A stretch of DNA of 63,669 nucleotides, filler included, from Lenisia limosa (taxonomy: Eukaryota; Protista; Breviatea): NCBI GenBank assembly GCA_001655205.1. It is 14 parts of 14 records of this genome, joined end to end, with 100 filler letters (N's around TTAATTAATTAA, not from the genome) between each part and the next. Parts side by side here need not be neighbours in the genome. Positions count along the whole stretch, not along the records: positions 23,365 to 25,364 come from LPNZ01004091.1; positions 25,465 to 34,097 come from LPNZ01004360.1; positions 34,198 to 38,136 come from LPNZ01011144.1; 11 more parts are not named here. One strand, given 5' to 3'. Below the pieces are notes generated by a model that did no database searches, had not been told where the DNA came from, and saw only the letters and a list, made by a program, of their open reading frames with translations. Position 1 is the first letter of the stretch. The number at the start of each line of letters is the position of its first letter. The position numbers and the translations under genes were made by a program. Positions 23,640 to 34,307 of the stretch are shown piece after piece.

Positions 23640-24913
23640 GATATCTTTCCTTCGGCGACTTCCAGAGCAAGATACAATGCCTGTGGGGGGAGGGGGTAAC
23701 CTGATTTTTTTGAGCAAGAGGAATAATATACTACATTAGTAATCTAGGGAAACAAATAAATACATAGGGATACCGTAAATTAATTACCATGCCTCCTCGC
23801 CCACGCTCCTTGTACAGGAAATTTCGATGAATAGTATTGGCGTAAAGGCTCCCCAAAATCAACTTAGTAGTTGTTTTATTTTTAAGTGGGGAGCGTCGTT
23901 GTGGCAGATGACACTCCCCACACGACAGGTGTTGTTCTATCCCCAGTATCTAGGGCTTCACTTCGCTTCGAAAAAAGACTGAATTTCCCAATAAATCCTC
24001 GAAAACTATGGATATTATAACGGTCTTTTTCGAACCAAAGTAAAGCCCTAGTTCTTGAGTAAGTATTTATCAAGGATTTATCAGAATTTGGACTTTTATT
24101 GGACCGAGCAGGGTGTTTATTTCTTAAAATAGAGACCTAACTACAAAAGAATGTAAACAGTCCATTTTGCGAGAAGGGAAATTACAGTTATTGCCCCATT
24201 CTTCATGTACAATGATCACATTTTCAGAGATATCACACGAATGGAGAGCCCGGTGTATCAAGCCGTTGCCAACGATGGTGTAGTAATGTCCATCGATGGT
24301 GCCGGTGGGCGGAGTTGGAGCATCAAAGTTTTAATCATATAATAAATGATATGTACATACACATAATAGATATAGTCATATATATTGAGATGATAAATTA
24401 CATAGGCCTAAGCTGTCGACCATCACGCTTAGAGATATTAGATTATAGTATTTGGCCAAGCTCACACCATCACGCTTATGAGCCCTATCATTTAGCTTAC
24501 CGCTCTCAGTATGATGTATTGTATGTTAGTATTATTTCCATTACCCCCATTTAGGTTTGNNNNNNNNNNTTTTTAATCATATAATAAATGATATGTACAT
24601 ACACATAATAGATATAATCATATATATTGAGACGATAAATTACATAGGCCTAAGCTGTCGACCATCACGCTTAGAGATATTAGATTATAGTATCTGGCCA
24701 AAGCCGTCCACACTATCACGCTCACACCATCACGCTTATAAGCCCTATCATTTAACTTTCCGCTCTCAGTATGATGTATTGTATGTTAGTATTATTTCCA
24801 TTACCCCCATTTAGGTTTGGTTTTTTTTGTTTCATAAATTTTCCAATTTTACCCCCTCCTTCAGGCGGAATATCAGGCCGGAACGGAGCACCTGAACTCG
24901 TAACTGGTGGCGA
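23640..24913 (+). CDS. Scattered small exons of an unidentified gene
   Basis: AG/GT-bounded open segments: GSVVVADDTPHTT (~23886-23928), DITRMESPVYQAVANDGVVMSIDGA (~24228-24305), GISGRNGAPELVTGGED (~24865-24918), several with G-rich donors. Confidence 0.3.
23951..24050. mobile_element. MITE family A copy (partial duplicate at 23365-23432)
   Basis: TAGGGCTTCACTTCGCTTCGAAAA ... TTCGAACCAAAGTAAAGCCCTA. Confidence 0.85.
24328..24817 (+). repeat. ~240-bp tandem duplication separated by a 10-N gap
   Basis: 24328-24558 and 24570-24817 are nearly identical, with a few substitutions and one indel. Confidence 0.85.
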
Positions 24914-25364
24914 GGATGGTGGGGGGTAGTTGAATGTCAACACGTATACCTCCCCCCCTCCAGCAGGAAAAGTCTGAATTTGATATAACTCCTCCCCCCC
25001 TCCAAACCATCACGTTTATAGAGGAATGATTATGATACTATATGATAACAATGGGAAATAAAAAAATAAGGTTGTATNNNNNNNNNNNNNNNNNNNNNNN
25101 NNNNNNNNNNNNNNNNNNNNNNNNNNNNNNNNNNNNNNNNNNNNNNNNNNNNNNNNNNNNNNNNNNNNNNNNNNNNNNNNNNNNNNNNNNNNNNNNNNNN
25201 NNNNNNNNNNTCATCCAATCATTTGCCTTACAACTCTGTGCACACAGCTTTCTGCGTGCCTCCCAAGAATATTAATTCACCCAATCATTTGCCTTAAAAC
25301 ACTGTGTACACAGCTTTCTGCGTACCTGTATAGTATATATATATCATATTTAGCACGCTGGCGT

Positions 25365-25464
25365 NNNNNNNNNNNNNNNNNNNNNNNNNNNNNNNNNNNN
25401 NNNNNNNNTTAATTAATTAANNNNNNNNNNNNNNNNNNNNNNNNNNNNNNNNNNNNNNNNNNNN
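25365..25464. other. Artificial scaffold spacer
   Basis: 44N-TTAATTAATTAA-44N. Confidence 0.98.
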
Positions 25465-25830
25465 TCATCAAGGATTCATCATATATCAATATTTTGTAAA
25501 ACTTATCATTAAAAGGTGTTTATCAAGGATTGAACATTAAAACTGGTATTTCTCATTATTTTCGATTATTTAAGATTTGGCTTTGCGTTGCTTAATTTCC
25601 AACAGCCCTCCACTCATACGCAGTCACCGTGGTCCTGACACGATTGACTAAAGATAAAGCTCAGTATACGTNNNNNNNNNNNNNNNNNNNNNNNNNNNNN
25701 NNNNNNNNNNNNNNNNNNNNNNNNNNNNNNNGGTCACTGTATAAGAGAGGGGAGGGTCGAAACAAGACGTTTGGTATGTCATTCCGAATAAAGCTAATTA
25801 TTCTCAATACCCAAGCATGAAAGTGATAAG

Positions 25831-25931
25831 TAGGGCTTCACTTTGCTTCAATTTTTTACGGTAAAATATCGATAGTTTTCGACGATTTAAAGAGAAATTC
25901 CGTCTTTTTTCGAACCGAAGTGAAATCCCTA
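25831..25931. mobile_element. MITE family A copy, directly followed by a family B copy (~25933-26065)
   Basis: TAGGGCTTCACTTTGCTTC ... TTCGAACCGAAGTGAAATCCCTA, then GATGAGACAAAAATAAAAGTGGTTGTATCTG. Confidence 0.8.
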
Positions 25932-26403
25932 GTGATGAGACAAAAATAAAAGTGGTTGTATCTGACCGATCACACTTCTAGATGATAGTAACTGTAGAAG
26001 CCGTCCACACCATCACATTTATAAGAGATAATGATTATAGCATAATATTAATTCACCCAGGTATTGTGCCATAAAACTCCTACAATAATAAAAAGACATA
26101 TAAATATCGATATTTATGGAAGATTAAGTCTTTTTTTGGGGAACTGACAATAAAGCTCTTCTCTTTACGATCCTCGCTTCTAAGAGTCTTTACTGTCAAG
26201 AATATATGATATAACAACCAGGCGCCTATTTTGAGAGAATACCGATGAGGGTTTGCTCAAACAAAGACCCAGCGGAAATATATCATATTTATTTTTGCTG
26301 ATTCCCTTTCTCGAGTTAATTCAAACATTTATCATTCTTAATCCTTAAAATACGGGCATCAATTAAACCTTATAATATAATAACGGGAAGCCAGCCAGCC
26401 TAC

Positions 26404-26604
26404 CACATCGTTGCCGACAGCATCATCGTCAACAAGCTCGTTGTACTCATCTTCGAACTTCTCAACCTCATCTTCAAGATCCTCGCCACCAATGTCCTCT
26501 TCATGCATTACCATTTCCTCATCGCTTGGATCAAGGCTGGGATCACTGATATCAACGTCAACATTGCTGCTTGAGCCAATGTCGCTTAAACCAGAGTCTT
26601 CCAT
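26404..26604 (-). CDS. First exon of a protein with a highly acidic N-terminus
   Basis: ATG at 26604, 67 codons MEDSGLSDIGSSSNVDVDISDPSLDPSDEEMVMHEEDIGGEDLEDEVEKFEDEYNELVDDDAVGNDV, then a GTAGGC donor; head-to-head with CK2 beta. Confidence 0.55.
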
Positions 26605-27169
26605 TATTCTAAAATCATTATGGCAAGCGGTAAAAGTTGAAGGAGGGGGGCTAAAAGGTGGGAAGTTGTGAAGAAAGTCTTCAAAACCGAACCGTGATGG
26701 GGTCAAGCTCTTTCGTTGGTCTCCAAACTCAGTTACATAATGATTCTAGACGAATACAGCAGCAAAAACGGTCAAAACGCAGAAATACAACGAAGTAACT
26801 TTCCTGAGTTAACCCTTATATTGTTATACAACACACTATTTTACTTTAGACGTTCCAGTTTGAGAAAAAAGCGGAAATTTTTTTATCATATATCATGATC
26901 TTATAGATCTCTTTCTAAGTATCGAACTTACCCGAAATTACCCGGGTATAGTATAAGGCAGTTTGAAGTTTTCCAAAAAAACCTTTTTTGAGGAGGTGCT
27001 GCCCTGTCAGTCAATGTTATTTATATTGTAATTGCGTAGTAAATATAGTTTTTGAGACATATCATCTTCAGTGTGATTCTCACCATCTAACTCTTCGCCA
27101 GTACTCGCCCTTAATGCCCAAATAGTCATATAAATAAAGCAAGAAGCCGTTTTCAAGCGTTAAATTTCA

Positions 27170-30100
27170 ATGATTGAAAGTATGTCATCCTTCCTCTCCT
27201 GAGACCTCTTCTAACCCCTTCTTAGACGTGGAAGGAGAAAGCTGGGTATCATGGTTCTGTAACCTCAAGTTTGTGCCCTCCCTGGATTCGTGTTACCTTT
27301 TAGGGGTCATGATTTTTTCTGTGAGATCGATGACGATTATATTGTGGACGAGTTCAATCTTTGTGGGCTTTCCTCCGTGATTCCACGATATGAAGCTGCA
27401 TTGGACACGATTCTTGATGTCGAACCATCAGGTTGCTGGGGGACGGAGGGGGTTGTGTTGACCTTGATCGGCGAAGTGTTGGTGGGGGGTGATTGATGGA
27501 TGGTTGAAAATGATATAGGACAAAATACTGACTTGTTGAATAATATGTATGTAGTGCATGAGCTTACTTAACTTTTCATATTTTGTCTCATATCCTACAA
27601 GCAGTGTCTCTTTGAGACAAGATGGTACTTCAGCCAGAATAATCGTTCAATTGTGCGCATTTTTTGATTCTCATTTTTACAGATCATATTATAAACTTGT
27701 ATCATATTATAAGATATGAATATCTCTTCTAAGCGTGATGGTGCGGAAGACTTTACTCTGATACCTCCTTGATACAACTCATTTCAACAAGTGGATATTA
27801 ATTACATATAACCAGAAACAGCATCCCTATTCCCGTACCCCTTCTACTGACCATTAGGGCTTCCCTCTGGTCCCAAAAAAAGAGGGAATTTCTCGATCAA
27901 TTCTCGTTAAATATCGATATTTTGACGGGAGGGTTTTCGGACATGATAAGTCCTGACAGATTTTTCCGAAGTTTTGAAGACTAACCACAGTCACTGGATT
28001 ATTATTTATTTTTATTTTTGACAAGATACATAATATAATACATTAGAAATCTTGGGGGAACAAATTTACATAAGATTACTGAATTTCTCGATAAATCCTC
28101 GAAAACTATCGATAGTTTATCGTTCTTTTTCAAACCGAAGTGAAGCCCAAGATACAATACACATGTTACTATACTCTCGCACACGCTCCTCGGCGGCCCC
28201 CTCCCCCGACCGAAACTTTCCACATCGTGACATTTATATACTGTATAATTTTTATTAATTGGACCAATAACCCCATGGTTGACCCCACAAGAGGAATATT
28301 ATGACAATCTGATAAAAATCCAGAGATATTTTACACCACTCGACACGATTTTGGGATTCTTTTTTTTTTGTTTATAAAAACATTTCAAGTTTACCCCCCT
28401 CCCCCACAACTGTCAACAATAATTAGATATGATAGGAAGGCACAGGAGGTGTTTGAGTCACATGTCCTTCCCCACCTTGTTTATTGTATCACCCCTCACC
28501 CCACAGACAAGTACGAGGTTGACAACAAAAGAGATAGTCAAAAAAAAGCATAAATAAAAACGCAAAAACGAATTGTAAATCGCAAAAAAAAACCCAATCA
28601 TCCGACCCCATATCAATGACTTATTTTCCCCCTCACCCCACAGACAAATACGAGGTTGATGACGAAAGAGACAATAAATAATAAAAAAAGAATATCTAAA
28701 ATTCTCGCAAAAAAACTCATATCATCTGACCATAGATTTATATTCCCTCCCTCACCCTTTAGACGAGTACGAGGTTGATGACGAAAGAGACATTGAGAAG
28801 GCAGCAGAGATCCTCTATGGCCTTGCGCACGCCCGCTACATCTTGACCACCAAGGGGCTCAACAAAATGGTAGGCTGAATATCCTGGGGGGGGGGGGTGA
28901 ACCAAATTGTGAATATCCTGATACAAAATTTTATTGGGTTTAGGGGAGTTCTGTTTTTTATGTGAACTGATCTATTGAGAAATTCAGACATTTTCTGGAT
29001 CGGAGTGAAGCCGTAGTCCTGTTGCATATCGATATGCCTTATTTATGCTTGTCTCCACTTTAGACAAGCTCTATTTAGGAATTCACATTCTTAAAAGAAG
29101 GAATTTCTCAATTACTACCAGAATGTTGTTTTTTGGGAGCAAGATAAAGGTATCTATCTGTATTAGATAATATCCAAGGAAACAAATCAATACATAGGGA
29201 TACCATAAACACATTACCATGCTGTACTGATATTGTAATATATTATTGGGAAGCTCTATCAATTTTACCAGTTTTTTGTGGATCGTAGGGAAGCGCAAAG
29301 CCTAAATCAAAGAAATATCGATGGAGCTTCCCTATATAATATCATATACAATGACCGGGATAAGTCTTCATGGTTTCCCAAGGATAATCTGTCAAGACTT
29401 ACCACGTCCCTGTATATCGCAATATCGGTATATTCCTTGTGTCTTTGGTTTTGTCTAGTTTTAGCTTTGGCTGCTCATGTTTTTTTTATTATTTTTTTTA
29501 TTTTTTGTTTGTTTGTTTGTTTGTTTGGAGTGTCAGGTTATTCTGTTCGCGATTGGTACCTTCATGGCAAGATTCTACATCGAAATTTTCTTCATTTCAC
29601 CCCCCTTATTCTTCATCAAACTCCTTCTTTTTTTGATACTTTGTATTATCTCAGGGTTTTATTTCTCTCTTTTGTTTCATACATTTTCCAGTTTTACTCC
29701 CCCCCCTCCAGCGCCGCAAGTTCATGAACAACGGATTTGGGCAGTGCCCGCGGGTGTCTTGTAACGGCCAGGCCGTGGTGCCGACATCGGAATCGGACAT
29801 TCCTCGCGTAGACAAAGTCAAGATCTTCTGCCCTAGCTGCCAGCAGATTTACTATCCCAAGAGCTTCAGACATGGATGTGGGGGAGGGGGGTACCGGACA
29901 AGTACTTCTCTAATTAATGATTCTAATAATTGTTTGGTTATTTATTCTCAATCATTATTTAGCCTTTTTTTCTTTTTCTTATCTATATGTTTTGCTATTA
30001 ATGATTTTCTAATGCAATTTCTTCTAAATAAAATTTTTTTTATGTATGTTTAGCTATTGATGGAGCCTACTTCGGAACTACGTTTGCCCACGTTTTCTTC

Positions 30101-30659
30101 CTCATCTTCCCCGACCTTAGACCCACTGTGAGTGTTTCCTTTTTCCATAATGCTTCAAACGATCATTTTCCTAGTTGTCTTAAAGAAGACAACCTTGTTT
30201 TTTATTTCTCATTGCTATAGATGAAGTATACTATATATGATATGATATATTATATGATGATAGCAATTAGGGGAACCAATCTATCACAGTACTTTACTGT
30301 CCTCTTTTTTAATTATTATTGCCTGTTTTTTTTTAATATTTTTTTTTGACACTTATCCTCAAGTCCGCCCCCGCCCCTTATGTACCCAAAATCTACGGAT
30401 TCAAAATGTAAGCTTGAAACATTGATTTGGCTTGATGGGTGTTTTTATTTCCGCATCCGTAGATACTATTGTTAATTATTATCTTGCAATGGAACTTCGT
30501 TGTTTTTTGGGCTTCACTCCAGTCTGAAAACAAGTTTAGGTTGTTTTCTAGTTTCCAAGCTCATTTTACGACATTAGCCACCCCTCTGCGAACCTCTATC
30601 CCACCGAAATTGAGAATGAGGAGTCAAAGAAACAGAAAGAACGGTTGCTGGAGCACTAG
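27170..30659 (+). CDS. CSNK2B: Casein kinase II regulatory beta subunit, complete, 8 exons
   Basis: Exons 27170-27179, 27226-27268, 27304-27431, 28763-28869, 29712-29877, 30054-30127, 30364-30407, 30578-30659 phase correctly. Motifs [35 protein letters not shown], zinc ribbon CPRVSC...[26 protein letters not shown]. Confidence 0.96.
28470..28795 (+). repeat. Degenerate triplication of the CK2 beta intron 3/exon 4 junction
   Basis: CCCTCACCCCACAG-ACAAGTACGAGGTTGAC (AG 28505-6), CCCTCACCCCACAG-ACAAATACGAGGTTGATGACGAAAGAGACA (AG 28642-3), and the real CCCTCACCCTTTAG-ACGAGTACGAGGTTGATGACGAAAGAGACA (AG 28761-2). Confidence 0.88.
29515..29590 (+). repeat. Intronic repeat family E copy
   Basis: TTGTTTGGAGTGTCAGGTTATTCTGTTCGCGATTGGTACCTT resembles 58570-58645 (+), 37850-37910 (-) and 34198-34228 (-). 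Confidence 0.65.
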
Positions 30660-31055
30660 AAGGCCGGCCACCGCTTTATTCAGGTCCTTTTGTATAATGT
30701 ACATTTCCAATCTGACAGTCTTTTGATATGTCTACTTTATCTCTTTTTTAGCGTGATGGTGTGGATGGCTTCGACCAAATATATCATATTATATGCTGCT
30801 ATATATGATGTCTGGGAAACAGGAGTTGAAAAGCAGACAAGAGCTAGTTGCAAGGCAAATTAATTATTGTGTGGAAGTATGATGGTGAATAAGGCGTAAT
30901 ACTCAGTATGATATATTTCTGGGTGAAGAGTTGCTCTTATTTCACCACAATTTCCCGTTCAATTCCAAAGCTACAATTGTGACTTCTTGGGATAATCCTC
31001 GTTTCACATTTCCCAAATGTACATTTCCCAATAAATACAATGTTAATATTCCAAC

Positions 31056-32159
31056 TTAGAAGAGGAGGGCAAGGGCAACAGCAGCAATGCTGGGGATTAT
31101 GATGGCGGCGGGAGAGGGAGCAAGGGACTTGGCCTCGGCGTTGGTGTCCTCACAGCTGTCAGTATCCCAGATGGGGGCAACATCCTCGTTGTTCTGGGCA
31201 TGGTGAGGGAAATGTGGTCCGGGAAGAAAAAGAAACACTTGAAAAGTGAGAGAAACAAGGATCTGAACGTCGCCTTCAGCTTACCATGCACTCGGTGACA
31301 GAGTCACACTTGATGCAGTCAGCAAAGCACTGCTTGACGTGGGTATTGGGGGTATCCTCTTCCTGAAATGGTGAGCAAAAGAAAAATTGAAGCCCACGAT
31401 CATCCAACATTCCAACATTCCTAATTCCAAACTCACAGTGCAGTCGGCAGCAGCAGTGCAGGTCTTAGGTTTGTAGAAAGGAGCCTTCTCCTCGGCGTCA
31501 GAGCAATAGTAAGACCGGATCTTGGCCTTGCAGATATCCATGTCATAAGGGCAGTAGCGGCACTCATCAAGAAGAACAGACTGAGAATACTCCTCCTGAT
31601 AGGTAAATAAACAAGGGGAAGAGCAATCACTTACAGTCTTGAGCTTCTGTTGGTCACAGACCTCGTCAAGATGTTCTTGGTAATCGGACATGGACTTGTA
31701 AAGGATTTCTAAATGTAAGCTGAGGCCTTGGAGGGCTTACTGGAGTAACAATATCCATCAGTTGAGCACTTCTCTCCGTTAACATTGTCCTTGCAATCAG
31801 CATCGGCCTTGCAGTCAGCACAGCCTCCATTGAAGCAAACACCGGTGCAGCCAGAATCATCGGTGCAAGTAGTCTTAATCTTCATAAATTCGTAAACGAC
31901 TCCGTTAACGCTGTTGGAACAGAGTTTCAAGTTCTCAGCAGTAGAACCAGTGAACTTAGCTGCGGCAAAATACTCCCTGAAAAAATAAATATTTTGAAAA
32001 ATGCTCTTACTTCAGAAAATCGGCATGAAGATTGTCATCAACCTTCTTGTAGGTGTCACACTAGAATGTAAAAAAGGAGATGTGTCAAAAAAAACTAACC
32101 GTGGGATCTTGTGCAAACACAAGTGCGCAGAGGGCAAGTAGAGCAAGAACTTTAATCAT
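31056..32159 (-). CDS. Cysteine-rich putative cell-surface protein, paralogue 1
   Basis: Signal-peptide-like MIKVLALLALCALVFAQ, short-intron exon chain with many C/CxxC residues (CTGVCFNGGCADCKADADCK; ECRYCPYDMDICKAKI), hydrophobic tail SPAAIIIPSIAAVALALLF*. Confidence 0.85.
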
Positions 32160-32317
32160 TATTACTGCTGATTGGTGGAATTTGGGAATTTTTTCTCGGG
32201 CAAAAAAGGGAACAAATATCGAAAATTTATCGAAAAATATCGAAATTCGGCCAAATATTTCGCCCTTTTCCCCGAATTTTTTTTTTCGGATTCGCAACTG
32301 CTTTAAATCACTTAGTC

Positions 32318-33502
32318 ATGATGAAAGTTTTTATGTTGTTTTTGGCCGTCGTTGCCATGACGGTTTGTGATTGATTTGCTCAATTTCTGTTTTAATCTTT
32401 TAGCAAGCTGCTTGTGTGTCTTTTAGAACCATTAAGGAGAGAGGAAACACCGCTTTTAACCAGTATGAAACCATTTGTTTTTTTCTTACCATCGTAGAGC
32501 TGTTCTTGAGGAATGTGGTGTTACTATCACCGAGGGTGTTATCCCTAAAATGTGCTCCAATAAGGACACCACAATCTCTTCAGATGCTATCCCTGATATT
32601 TCTTACTTCGCCATTCCCATCGAAGCTACTGCTTGCACTACTGATGGACCTTCTTGCAACTGCTATGAGGGAACCTGCTACACTGATGTGCAACTTACAA
32701 AGTGCGCTTCAAATGATGATTGCAAGAGCCATTCTGAGGAGGCTTTCATGGCCCCTGCTACCTGTGGAGCCGACAAGCTTTGCTCAAAGTGTAAGCACCG
32801 TGTTATTCGGTCCTCCTCATCTTTTTAGCCCACTTCAAGACCGTTTCCGACCTTGAGGACTTCTTTAAGGCTGACTGCAAGCAGAGAGCTACCCTCTTTG
32901 TATGTTTCTTGCCTTGGTATCGGGGGATTCACTTTTCAGGACATGAAAGACGAGACCAACGTTGAGTCTGTCTGCGACCAGACTTGCAAGTACGACCTTG
33001 ACCTCTGCAGAAGCATGGTTACTCGCTGCTACACCATTGAGGTGGGTTAAGGGCAAAGTTAACCAACCTTCGCTCTTATCCCCCGACATTCCAATCTCTT
33101 TTGTTACTCATTCTAATTTTCGCACCAGGATGTTTGCAACAGCTTCAAGACCTGCGAGAAGGACGAGGACTGTGCCACTGAGCCCGAGATCCAGTGCTAC
33201 TCCGACTGTGTCCGCTGCAGCAGCGCCTCCTCTTGCGAGGTTGGTGATCTTTCATATCATTTATGTCATGTTCCCGGGTGAATCGCCATCGTCATCATGG
33301 CAATTCCCCTCTGTGATTTCTCGTTTCTGTCGTATTACTGTGTTCCTTTTCCTTCTCCACCGTCATTTTGTCACCCCACCAGTCCAACGTCAACGTCGCT
33401 GCCATCTGGGACACTGACACTTGCAAGAACTCCAACTCCGAGTCGCCCGCCGCCATCATCATCCCCAGCATTGCTGCTGTTGCCCTTGCCCTTCTCTTCT
33501 AA
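32318..33502 (+). CDS. Cysteine-rich putative cell-surface protein, paralogue 2
   Basis: Signal-peptide-like MMKVFMLFLAVVAMTQA, Cys-rich exons (CNCYEGTCY; QTCKYDLDLCRSMV; QCYSDCVRCSSASSC), tail AIWDTDTC...SPAAIIIPSIAAVALALLF*. Confidence 0.85.
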
Positions 33503-34097
33503 GTTGGAATATTAACATTGTATTTATTGGGAAATGTACATTTGGGAAATGTGAAACGTGGAGCTAGTATTATTACTTTTAACAATTTACCCTTCTCCAC
33601 CCTCCACACCCCGCTTGCTTTTTGTCAATACCCTCCATCAATGCGTTAAAGGGGAATCGATTATAGCAATATTAATTCGTGCAATTGATAGATAAAGAAA
33701 GAAATATATTAAGTTACAAATTACAAGACCATTGTGTGCTAAGAGGCTACAATGGTGAAGATGGATCAAAACTTAATTTGGAAAGCCAAACGTTATAAGC
33801 AAGTACAATTCCCAAGATAATGAGAATATTGGTTTTTAGACTATGGAATAATTCCATAAAAATTCCTATTCCCCTTTATTAAAAAAAAATATATATATTT
33901 AGGAGAGGGTTCCTGTTTAGGAGGTAATAATGATACAGGGCAAATATTGACGTTTATACAATTCCAATCTACCCACCCCACGTTTGTACAATTCTGATTG
34001 CGATAAAACATTGAAAAATTTGCAGCGGGGATAAAATGTTTTACGGGGGGGAAGGAAAGACGAGAAACAAGCGCACCGCAACAGTTTCCGTTTTTTT

Positions 34098-34197
34098 NNN
34101 NNNNNNNNNNNNNNNNNNNNNNNNNNNNNNNNNNNNNNNNNTTAATTAATTAANNNNNNNNNNNNNNNNNNNNNNNNNNNNNNNNNNNNNNNNNNNN
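34098..34197. other. Artificial scaffold spacer
   Basis: 44N-TTAATTAATTAA-44N. Confidence 0.98.
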
Positions 34198-34307
34198 GAA
34201 CCCAATAATCTGAAACTCCAAACAAACTTTTTTTAATTACCCACCCCCCTTCCTCATAATTAAGCTTCACAAACAATATTGATAATATCTCCTTCCCCAC
34301 AATTAAC

